The position numbers and the translations under genes are program-made. DNA of 64,000 bases, taken from assembly GCA_964598455.1 (NCBI GenBank), contig CAZRCB010000001.1:11406-75405 (forward strand), given 5' to 3'. The stretch is from an uncultured Flavobacterium sp. (GTDB lineage: Bacteria > Bacteroidota > Bacteroidia > Flavobacteriales > Flavobacteriaceae). A model generated the notes under the pieces. It did no database searches. It saw only the letters and a list, made by a program, of their open reading frames with translations, and had not been told where the DNA came from. How positions within the stretch are numbered: position 1 is the first letter of the stretch; the number at the start of each line of letters is the position of its first letter. Shown here piece by piece: positions 27,621-35,931 of the stretch.

Positions 27621-30290
27621 TTATAGTTTATACCTAACTGAAAACATAAAAACTCTCGGCAGTATATAGGTTGTTTGTTCGGAAATCAAAAAGTCAGAAA
27701 TGGAATTGTTGATTTTTGTTTTGTTGTTAAGGATATTGTTTACTGCAAGGTTGAATCCCCAGGGGTTGTTTTCTTTTTGGTAGTCTAACGAAAAGTTAGC
27801 AATCTGATAATCAAATTTTTGATTCAGAGTAATGTTGTTGTTTTGGAAATAATTATAATCCGCTTTGACAGTCCAGGACGGTAAAAACCGGTAATCAATG
27901 CTTGTATCATACGAATCGGTTTCAAACTTGGTCGAACTCAACCCTTTGAACTGATTGAATCCTTTATTATATCCGAAATAAACAGACGGCCATTTTTTAA
28001 AAGCTGTCCTTACGTTTGCTCCGATACTTTGCGAAGTTCTCGTATTATTCGACAAAACCATATTAACCGTTTGCCTGTAATCAAACCAACTCAAACGAGT
28101 GTTTAAGCCAAAGCGGAAACGGTAAATTTTCTTCTGAATATTCCCGAAAAAATTCCAATTTGTTTCGGGATTATCCGTCAAAATAGGCATTGTAAATCGG
28201 TTAATATCCTCAAAAACAACTTCATTTCGGATTGTTTTTGTCTTTTTGTTGAACGAAAGATTCGCAAAAAGATTCAGTCCCAAATACATATTCATTTTGC
28301 TGTACCGCAATGACGATGTATGAAACTGTTCGTTTTTCAAAAGTGCATTTCCCTTGAAAACCGAGTTATATCCACTTAATGTATAGTTTTCTGCAACCTG
28401 TTCGGCTCTCGGAAATTCGTTTTTAAAAGCGTAATTAAATATCAGTTTTTCGGAATTATTAAACTCGTATTCGCTGTTCCAAGCAGGTTCAAAAAGTGTT
28501 TTGGAGAAGGAATAATCCTCCGAAATCTGATTGCTTTTCATCAAATAAAAATGCAGATACATTGAGGCTTTACTCGTTATTTTATTGATTTTAAACTTGT
28601 ATTCCAATCCTGCAAAAGCATCATTAAGCCTGTAATTCAAATCGTTTCCGAAATCTGCAACCGAAAAATCATTTATGCTACCGTCTGACATCAGCTGTTT
28701 TTCGGAAGTCGTTAAATCGGTTTGGGAAAAATTATTCCCGACATTCGTATAAAGATGATTGAAATTATTCAAAACCCAATAATGCTTGAACAAAACATCA
28801 ATACTGTTGTGCTTTTGCTTTTTCAGTTGGCTAATGTTATAAAAATCATCCTCCTCAATCGGAATAAACGAAGTCAGAAATTCCTGGTCAGTAAGCCACT
28901 GGTTTACAGGTTTTGTATTCTGATAAATGTGATTCAAAACAAAAGTTGTGGTATGTTTTCGGTTGTAGGATTTGTGCCATTCCACGTATTGCTTGAACGA
29001 AACATTATCCGCTTTGTTGAGGGTTTCAAAAGTGGAATTATTCAGATTCGTAACCGATTGCAACGTACTTAAAGCATCGTTGTTGCTCGAATCGAACTGC
29101 AAATTATAATACCATTTTTCGGTTTTACTTTTAGAATAATCGAGCTTGATGTTGAACATTCCCAGTAAATCCCGATTGATATTGTTTAAATCCCGATTTT
29201 CAAAAGTGGTGTTTTGATTGGTAAGATATTCGATTTCGGTTTTGGAAATGTTTTGGGTAAACAATTTCGAGAACAAGCCAAATCCCGAAATATTCAGCTT
29301 TTCGGAAAGATTAAATCCGTAATTCAGAGCTGCAAACTGCGATTTGTTTCGTGCAATATCCCGATTATCCCTTGCATACGAATACAAATTGGATAAACTT
29401 CTTCGGTTGGAGTTCAGAAAACTACTCACTCCTCCCTGAAAACGCATTAAATCCTCGTACGAAAAAACCGATTTCCCGATGTTGTTTATATCCCCGATAA
29501 AGCTCAAATTCAAGTTCGGACTGTAATAAAACAAAGCGGAATGCAACAGATGAAATTCGTCATTTCCTGCTCCTGCCTCAATATCCCCGAAAAGAAATTT
29601 CTTTTTGTCTTCTTTCAGAACGACATTCATAGCCAAATCTTCGGAATCGGAAACTTCTTTTAAAAAACCGACTTCGTTAAAGTTGTCAATAACCTCAATT
29701 TTATCCAAAGCGTCTGCAGGAATATTTTCGACTGCTAATTTTGTTCCTCCTCCGAAAAATGATTTTCCCTCAACCATCATTTGTGTAACCTGTTTGCCTT
29801 GAACGGTTACTTTTCCGTCTTTATCAACTTCCACTCCGGGAAGTTTTTCGAGGACTTCTTTCATTTTCCGTTCGTTTCCCGAGGCAAAAGCCCCAACATC
29901 ATAAATAAGCGTGTCTTTTTTGATGATAACAGGCTCGTATTTATGCGTAATAACGATTTCGTCTATTTGGATTCCTGTACTTTTGAGTTTAAAATGATAT
30001 TCTGAAAGTTCACTGTCTTTTTCTACAACAATATTTTCAGGAGTATAACCCAGATACGAAACCGAAATATCATAACCGAAACCTTTATCCAATTCCAAAC
30101 GGTAACGACCTCTGTTGTCTGCAATAGCAAATTTAAAGCTACCTCCATCATCAACAGGACGAGCCAAAACATTGGCACTCTCCAAAGGAACATTTAAGCT
30201 GTCCGTAACCACTCCTGTAAAAATTTTCGTTTGGGAAAAAGCTGTTAGAGAGAGCAGAAGAAAGAAGAAAGAAGAAAGATGTTTTGGCAT
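27621..30290 (-). CDS. Outer-membrane beta-barrel protein with N-terminal carboxypeptidase-regulatory-like domain (TonB-dependent-receptor-like)
   Basis: The protein is 889 aa with a signal peptide. It has a CarboxypepD_reg-type start (FTGVVTDSLNVPLESANVLARP) and a plug-like segment (LEKLPGVEVDKDGKVTVQGK). The rest is a long Y/N/F-rich barrel ending in an aromatic-rich terminal strand (VFMFSVRYKL). Confidence 0.75.
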   Translation of the reverse strand: MPKHLSSFFFLLLSLTAFSQTKIFTGVVTDSLNVPLESANVLARPVDDGGSFKFAIADNRGRYRLELDKGFGYDISVSYLGYTPENIVVEKDSELSEYHFKLKSTGIQIDEIVITHKYEPVIIKKDTLIYDVGAFASGNERKMKEVLEKLPGVEVDKDGKVTVQGKQVTQMMVEGKSFFGGGTKLAVENIPADALDKIEVIDNFNEVGFLKEVSDSEDLAMNVVLKEDKKKFLFGDIEAGAGNDEFHLLHSALFYYSPNLNLSFIGDINNIGKSVFSYEDLMRFQGGVSSFLNSNRRSLSNLYSYARDNRDIARNKSQFAALNYGFNLSEKLNISGFGLFSKLFTQNISKTEIEYLTNQNTTFENRDLNNINRDLLGMFNIKLDYSKSKTEKWYYNLQFDSSNNDALSTLQSVTNLNNSTFETLNKADNVSFKQYVEWHKSYNRKHTTTFVLNHIYQNTKPVNQWLTDQEFLTSFIPIEEDDFYNISQLKKQKHNSIDVLFKHYWVLNNFNHLYTNVGNNFSQTDLTTSEKQLMSDGSINDFSVADFGNDLNYRLNDAFAGLEYKFKINKITSKASMYLHFYLMKSNQISEDYSFSKTLFEPAWNSEYEFNNSEKLIFNYAFKNEFPRAEQVAENYTLSGYNSVFKGNALLKNEQFHTSSLRYSKMNMYLGLNLFANLSFNKKTKTIRNEVVFEDINRFTMPILTDNPETNWNFFGNIQKKIYRFRFGLNTRLSWFDYRQTVNMVLSNNTRTSQSIGANVRTAFKKWPSVYFGYNKGFNQFKGLSSTKFETDSYDTSIDYRFLPSWTVKADYNYFQNNNITLNQKFDYQIANFSLDYQKENNPWGFNLAVNNILNNKTKINNSISDFLISEQTTYILPRVFMFSVRYKL

Positions 30291-30337
30291 TTGATTGATG
30301 ATTGTAGATTAACGATTTTTAATTGCAGATTTTTTTA

Positions 30338-31090
30338 TTATCTGCCCTCCATTATAACTCCTGCTCTTTCTCTTAAAATTTTAGAGTATTCTTCGGAAGT
30401 AATTCTTTTGCCTTTGAGCTTTGAACTGTCTATATCTTCAATTTTTTCATTAAGAGAAATTTTAGTTGCTCCAAAAAGCACATCTCCTACTTGTAATTCC
30501 AATATAAGCCCGGGTAAACCTCCATAACCATTTGGGCCAAAAGAGAAAGGCAATTCAGGACAATACCAAGCAATTATATCTCTTTTCTCTTCTCCTTTAT
30601 CTAATTGACCTATAAAATTCCCTGTTGCTTTATAGCATATAAAACCCTGAATTTCTTTTGTTTCACTTTTTAATTCCCAAGAATCATATATATTTTCCTC
30701 AATTTTAAATTCTTCTTTATCAACAATCATAAGCTCATCACTATTATTGTAGTATTTTTTTTTCTCTATCGAATTTAAATATATACTATTCTCATATTTG
30801 GCACGTGCTAAAGCTATTTTTACGTTAAAATCCTCAAAATCAATACCTTTTATTACATAAAACTTTGAAACTGTATTTTTAAATTCAAGCACGAATGATA
30901 TTTTTTTTGCTCCCTCACTCCAAGATAAATCTTTTTCATCATTACCCATAGCTTTTTTAAATCCTTTGATAACGTCTTCTTCAATAGGAGATTTCTCTAT
31001 AAATAAACCATATTCTACTTTTCCTTTGGTTTGGGAAAAAGTTGTCAGAGAGAACAGAAAACAGAGAATGGGGAATAGAAGTTTTGGCAT
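30338..31090 (-). CDS. GLPGLI family protein (function unknown), exported
   Basis: The protein is 250 aa with a signal peptide. The family-defining string is AWYCPELPFSFGPNGYGGLPGLILE. Confidence 0.85.
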   Translation of the reverse strand: MPKLLFPILCFLFSLTTFSQTKGKVEYGLFIEKSPIEEDVIKGFKKAMGNDEKDLSWSEGAKKISFVLEFKNTVSKFYVIKGIDFEDFNVKIALARAKYENSIYLNSIEKKKYYNNSDELMIVDKEEFKIEENIYDSWELKSETKEIQGFICYKATGNFIGQLDKGEEKRDIIAWYCPELPFSFGPNGYGGLPGLILELQVGDVLFGATKISLNEKIEDIDSSKLKGKRITSEEYSKILRERAGVIMEGR

Positions 31091-31130
31091 TTGATGTTTT
31101 GATATAAAGAAGGTTTATAATTACTCGGGT

Positions 31131-31862
31131 TTAATTTTCTTCCTCTAACCTTTTCATAAAATTATTAAATACTTTTGTATGCTCTTCAACAGTAATAGGC
31201 TTACCTTTAGGCTTTTCTATAGTTACAATTTTATTGTCAATTATCTTAAAAGATTTAAGAACAAATTTAATTTTAGCTCCTCTAGTATGAGCTTCAAAAA
31301 CCAAACCAGGTAGACCGAAATACATTTCAGGACCATAATTATATGGTAATGCAGGTGAAAACCATACTTCTAATTCATAGTCTCTTTTACCTCTAAAATT
31401 ATCGTCTATTTTCTGTTTTCCTATAGCCTTATAACAAATATAACCATCAATATCTTTTGTGTCATTAGTAATTTCCCATTGATAATATGTCGTAGGATAT
31501 TGAATCAAATAATCAATTCCTCCTAATTGAGATGTTTCATAGACATTTTTAGATATGTTATCGTAATAAAACACAGCATTTGAACTATAATCTCCTCCTG
31601 TATTCATTTCAGATACTAAAACTTCTATTTTTTTAAAAACAGCTTCTTTAGAATTAGCTTCTAATTTATATAAAACATTTTTTGTATTATTTAGTTTATT
31701 AACTATAGCTTTTCTCATATAATCACTACTCATTTTTCTCAATTCTTCCTCTGAAAAATCTTCAATGACTACACCATAAATAACCTCAATATTTTTATGC
31801 TCTTGAGAAAACACAAAACCTATGTTGAAAAACAACAATAATATTATTATTATTCGCATCAT
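31131..31862 (-). CDS. GLPGLI family protein (paralogue), exported
   Basis: The protein is 243 aa with a signal peptide. The family string is VWFSPALPYNYGPEMYFGLPGLVFE. Confidence 0.85.
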   Translation of the reverse strand: MMRIIIILLLFFNIGFVFSQEHKNIEVIYGVVIEDFSEEELRKMSSDYMRKAIVNKLNNTKNVLYKLEANSKEAVFKKIEVLVSEMNTGGDYSSNAVFYYDNISKNVYETSQLGGIDYLIQYPTTYYQWEITNDTKDIDGYICYKAIGKQKIDDNFRGKRDYELEVWFSPALPYNYGPEMYFGLPGLVFEAHTRGAKIKFVLKSFKIIDNKIVTIEKPKGKPITVEEHTKVFNNFMKRLEEEN

Positions 31863-31927
31863 AAATATAATATATTTAAAAAAAACAACTGAAATTATTA
31901 AAATAACAGCTGTTTTTAAAAATTAAA

Positions 31928-32191
31928 TTAATTTCCAATAAATACAGGGACTATCAAATTTGAATTTTTCCCATAAGAAACACAGAAATTATACCAAAAA
32001 CTATAGGATTGTGCAAATTCAGATTGTGTCATTGGTCTTCCTAAAGCACCTGACTCTTCAATAGTTGAAGCCAAAGCATACGTATTACAATTTGTAGTAC
32101 TTCCTGTTTCTTCAACCTCAACAGTATTTGCTCCATACGAAGCTACTGTAAAACCGATAAGTGCAACAGCACTAAATAAAAACTTTTTCAT
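31928..32191 (-). CDS. Small secreted protein, unknown function (87 aa, two Cys in the mature part)
   Basis: It is co-directional with the GLPGLI genes. It has a clear signal peptide, MKKFLFSAVALIGFTVASYG / ANTVE... I recognise no family. Confidence 0.5.
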   Translation of the reverse strand: MKKFLFSAVALIGFTVASYGANTVEVEETGSTTNCNTYALASTIEESGALGRPMTQSEFAQSYSFWYNFCVSYGKNSNLIVPVFIGN

Positions 32192-32347
32192 ATCTAAAAA
32201 ATTAAATTTATAAAAATTATCCGAACCACAAAGTTTAAAGTCGTTGTTTTTCGGTTTTGTCCGACTAAACAGGCTTCTTGCTTATTTACTGATGCTACAA
32301 CAAGGCTGTAGTTTTAATCAGGTTTATCCAATATCAACCTGTATTTT

Positions 32348-32545
32348 TTAATTTCCTTCCTTATCAGATTGGTTATCGTCTTTGTACCCTCCTTTATCCC
32401 AATCTTTATCTTTTGGGTCAGAGGTTGGGTTTGTTTCATTCGATAAAGCGTTAATCTCTATCGTCTGAACATCATTATCCCAATCATCTGTACTGCACGA
32501 GGCAAAACAACATACCAATCCTATTAACAAAGCATATTTTTTCAT
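32348..32545 (-). CDS. Small acidic lipoprotein, unknown function (65 aa)
   Basis: This is track ORF 32348..32572, trimmed to ATG 32545 (MKKYALLIGLVCCFASC, signal peptide plus lipobox). The mature part of about 48 aa is D/K/N-rich and looks low-complexity. Confidence 0.45.
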   Translation of the reverse strand: MKKYALLIGLVCCFASCSTDDWDNDVQTIEINALSNETNPTSDPKDKDWDKGGYKDDNQSDKEGN

Positions 32546-32645
32546 AATTATTTTTTTATACGATTTAAACAATTATGAACTTTGCCGGCTTTGTTCATTT
32601 TTCTGCGACAAACTAAAAGCGGTTTTTTGTGTTTTGCAAGAACTA

Positions 32646-32684
32646 TAACTGCCAAAACTTAAAATTTTTAAGTTTTGGCAGTTA
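32646..32684. promoter_or_regulatory. 39-bp perfect palindrome (19-bp arms, 1-nt centre) in the divergent promoter region
   Basis: TAACTGCCAAAACTTAAAA-T-TTTTAAGTTTTGGCAGTTA was read directly from the sequence. It lies 110 nt upstream of the regulator ATG (32794) and about 100 nt upstream of the lipoprotein ATG (32545). Confidence 0.6.
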
Positions 32685-32764
32685 CTTAAAAAATCATTAA
32701 CATTCTTTATATCAATAGGTTAATTTGCTAAAAAATGCTATTTTGATGTCAAAATAAAAATTCG

Positions 32765-32772
32765 TATTTTTG
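32765..32772 (+). promoter_or_regulatory. Candidate -7 box (TATTTTTG) for the TPR-AraC regulator
   Basis: It matches TAnnTTTG, and its end lies 22 nt upstream of ATG 32794. Confidence 0.3.
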
Positions 32773-32793
32773 AGTGTTTAAAAACCACTTTTT

Positions 32794-34509
32794 ATGTTGT
32801 TTTATCTCAAAAACAACCTTATTTCTGTTCTGACTTGCTCCCTTATTTTTGTATCGGGAGGTCTTTTTGCACAAAAAAATCAAGACAGCTTGTCCAAATA
32901 TTCCTATTTGGAGTTAGATGATTTAATTCATTCAGCCGAAAAAGATTCCCTAAAAAACGCTGTTTATCTTAACTATTATTTTCAAAAAGCAAAAAGAGAA
33001 AACAACAATAAAGAAATAGCTCTTTATTATAAGAATTATGTTTTTTACCAAAAACAAGAAAACCGCATTGCTTTTGTAGACAGTGCTTTGCATTATGCTT
33101 ATAAAACCAATGATAAAGCCCTTATCGGAGATAGTTATCGTGTCAAAGGAGTAATCTATTACAACATAAAAGATTACAGAAACACATTAGATAACTATCT
33201 GAAAGCCAATGATTATATCTCCCAAACGAATGATACTTACAAAAAGTACCGAATTAAATATCTTATCGGAATCATCAAAAACTATTTAGGGAATTATGAA
33301 GAGGCAGAAAGCTTGTTTCGGGAATGTATTGCTTATTTCGGGCAGGACGAAGCCAATTATAATATGCAGAGAGGTTATGTCAAATCGTTAGAGGGTTTGG
33401 CTTGGTCAGTTCTTAAAACCAACCGTACAGAAGAAAGCAACCAAATCCTGCAAACCGCCTTAACATCAGTTCAGCAAGCAAATTTTTCGGAACTTGACGG
33501 GCATTATATCGTTTTTAAGCAAGGTATCAATGATTATTTTCTGAATAATTATGACGAGGCAATCCGTAAAATTGAGGAACAACTACCTTATTTATACGAA
33601 AACGAAGATTTTGCGTGGGCAACCGTAGGTAATTTTTATATCGGGAAAGCCTATTGGGACAAAAACGAAAAAGAAAAAGCAATCGGTTATTTCGAGAAGG
33701 TAAACGAAGTGTTTGAAAACCAAAGCTATACGCATCCCGATTTTCGTGAAAGCTACGAAATGCTTATTAATTACTACAAAAGTCAAAACGATAAAGAAAA
33801 TCAACTCAAATATATAGAACAGCTCGTAAAAGCCGATAGGGTTTATAATCAAAGTTATAAGCACCTTATTGATCTGATACACAAAGAGTACGAAACCAAA
33901 GATTTGTTACAGACACAAAAACAGTTGGAAAGGTCTTTGTTTGTTCATAAAAATAAAGCTAGTGTAATTTCCGTATTTGCAGGTTTGCTGTTTGTAATAA
34001 GTGCTTTCGTTTATATGTTGGAGCAAAAGAAAGCCAAAAGAAAAGCACAGGAACTTATCAGAGAAATAGAAACAATAAAACAGACAAAAGTAATTCCGTC
34101 TGAGCTTGTAAAAATTATCCACAAATCACAACCAATAAAAGACGAAACCATTCAAAAAATAATAAATAAGCTTGATGCTTTTGCAGAACATAAAAAATTC
34201 AGAAATTCAGATATTTCTTTAGAGAAATTGGCTAAAGAATTTAAAACCAATCCTGCCTATCTATCAAATGTAATCAATACCTACAAGAACAAAAGTTTTT
34301 CAGATTATATCAATGGCTTACGGATAGATTTCTTGCTTTCCGAGATAACAAACAACGGTAATTCTGATTTTTTAAAATTTTCCATAGAGGGAATTGCAAA
34401 AGATTTAGGTTTTAACAGCACATCGGCTTTTTCAAGAGCATTCAAAAAGGAAAAAGGAACAAACCCTGCCGTTTTTCTTACAGAACTCCACAAAACGGAG
34501 AGTGTCTAA
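32794..34509 (+). CDS. Membrane-tethered one-component regulator: signal-anchor, ~360-aa TPR-like domain, one TM helix, C-terminal AraC-type HTH
   Basis: The protein is 571 aa. The hydrophobic N-terminus is LISVLTCSLIFVSGGLFAQ. Repeated Y/A/L-rich TPR-like units span residues ~30-388, and a TM helix covers ~389-408 (ASVISVFAGLLFVISAFVYML). The AraC HTH strings are LEKLAKEFKTNPAYLSNVIN and IAKDLGFNSTSAFSRAFKKEKGTNP. Confidence 0.8.
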   Translation: MLFYLKNNLISVLTCSLIFVSGGLFAQKNQDSLSKYSYLELDDLIHSAEKDSLKNAVYLNYYFQKAKRENNNKEIALYYKNYVFYQKQENRIAFVDSALHYAYKTNDKALIGDSYRVKGVIYYNIKDYRNTLDNYLKANDYISQTNDTYKKYRIKYLIGIIKNYLGNYEEAESLFRECIAYFGQDEANYNMQRGYVKSLEGLAWSVLKTNRTEESNQILQTALTSVQQANFSELDGHYIVFKQGINDYFLNNYDEAIRKIEEQLPYLYENEDFAWATVGNFYIGKAYWDKNEKEKAIGYFEKVNEVFENQSYTHPDFRESYEMLINYYKSQNDKENQLKYIEQLVKADRVYNQSYKHLIDLIHKEYETKDLLQTQKQLERSLFVHKNKASVISVFAGLLFVISAFVYMLEQKKAKRKAQELIREIETIKQTKVIPSELVKIIHKSQPIKDETIQKIINKLDAFAEHKKFRNSDISLEKLAKEFKTNPAYLSNVINTYKNKSFSDYINGLRIDFLLSEITNNGNSDFLKFSIEGIAKDLGFNSTSAFSRAFKKEKGTNPAVFLTELHKTESV

Positions 34510-34516
34510 ATCAGTG

Positions 34517-35896
34517 TTATTTTGTGCTTGATATTGGTTTGTTTTTCCTAAACTGAGCGTATTCTTTTTTTAGCTCATCATAGATAAACTGGGCTACTTT
34601 CTGAGAACCCTTAGTATTAAAGTGCGTATAATCTTTGTTTCCTAAAGCAGGTTCATCTTCGACCCATCTGACCATCGACCCGTCTCCTCCCATCAGCTCA
34701 TATAGATTTATAAAACCAGATTCTGTTGCTTTAGCATAGTTGTATTGTGCTTTGGCAAGTGGTACTACAGCCGAATCAGTTTTCATTTCTGTGCCATATT
34801 TGGTCGCTTTATCGGCAGTTGAGATGACTACGAAATTGGAATTCTGAAAATAGTTTTTGAGTTGGTTTATCACTTTAGTCATAGCACGTTCGTACCAATT
34901 ATAGTTCAGATTTCCGTAATTCAGTACGTTTGTTCCGTAATGCAAGATGATTAGGTCGTAGCTTAACTCTTTATCAAAATCCTGCATCAGCGATGCGTTA
35001 AACAATGAAAGTGGCAATCCTGAATTTCCTCTACTCGAGAAATTATCGATGTGAATTCCCTTATCATCAGCAGAATTTATTCCGTAGAAGGCAATAGAAT
35101 CAGCATTGATAAAGTTTATTTTGATGCTTTTCAGATTTTTGTCTGATAACTTTAGCTTGTTTAACTCCCTATCTGTAGCTAAAGGTTTGATGACTTTAAG
35201 CGTATCTCCGTTATAAAAAAGCTCTACATAAGCATTCTTATTATTTGAACTTCCGTAATACAAAACAGGGTCATATAATTCGGTAACGTTTCTATATCCT
35301 GATGCTTTATATTCGACCCAAGTAGGGCTTAAACTATCTTTGACAAACGAAACTTGCCCATTTATTCCGAAAGGTTTCAATGGTTTTTTGACATTCACAT
35401 ACGATTGTGTATGCCAATTTTTAGAGAAATTATGTCGTATGCTTCCTCTAGAAGTTGCTGATTCAGACGTAATAGAAACAAAGCCCACGCCTTTACCTCC
35501 GAATTCATTCTGAAAAAGTTTTCTCAGATCTTGCACAATATAATCACCATCGGTCATCGAATCACCAAAATATGCAATTCGGATTTCTCCTTCTCCTGTT
35601 TTTTCGAGTTCGTCTAATTTCTCAAAAAAAGCCAACAAGCCTTTGTGGTTATTTGCTCTGAAACTGGCATTTGATATAGAGTCAGACGCTGTTGCTACGG
35701 GAATATCCACAGCGCCATTGACTGTGTTTTCTTCTTTAGCTAAGGTTTCTAACATCAAGCTATCTACCACAATATTGGCGTTGCCCGAAGGGATTTCAGA
35801 AAAAATGCGCTTAGGCAAAATTTCTTTTAATCCTAAAAATAAAATAGTCGCTAATAAGACAATCAAGAATGACTGTAAGAAATAGGATTTTTTCAC
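34517..35896 (-). CDS. Secreted/anchored SGNH/GDSL hydrolase (paralogue of 25940..27409, no LysM)
   Basis: The protein is 459 aa with an N-terminal anchor. The SGNH blocks are IAYFGDSMTDGD, HYGTN and DYTHF. Block order matches the LysM-bearing paralogue. Confidence 0.75.
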   Translation of the reverse strand: MKKSYFLQSFLIVLLATILFLGLKEILPKRIFSEIPSGNANIVVDSLMLETLAKEENTVNGAVDIPVATASDSISNASFRANNHKGLLAFFEKLDELEKTGEGEIRIAYFGDSMTDGDYIVQDLRKLFQNEFGGKGVGFVSITSESATSRGSIRHNFSKNWHTQSYVNVKKPLKPFGINGQVSFVKDSLSPTWVEYKASGYRNVTELYDPVLYYGSSNNKNAYVELFYNGDTLKVIKPLATDRELNKLKLSDKNLKSIKINFINADSIAFYGINSADDKGIHIDNFSSRGNSGLPLSLFNASLMQDFDKELSYDLIILHYGTNVLNYGNLNYNWYERAMTKVINQLKNYFQNSNFVVISTADKATKYGTEMKTDSAVVPLAKAQYNYAKATESGFINLYELMGGDGSMVRWVEDEPALGNKDYTHFNTKGSQKVAQFIYDELKKEYAQFRKNKPISSTK

Positions 35897-35931
35897 TAGG
35901 TGTATATATTCGCTATGCTAAGAACCATAAG

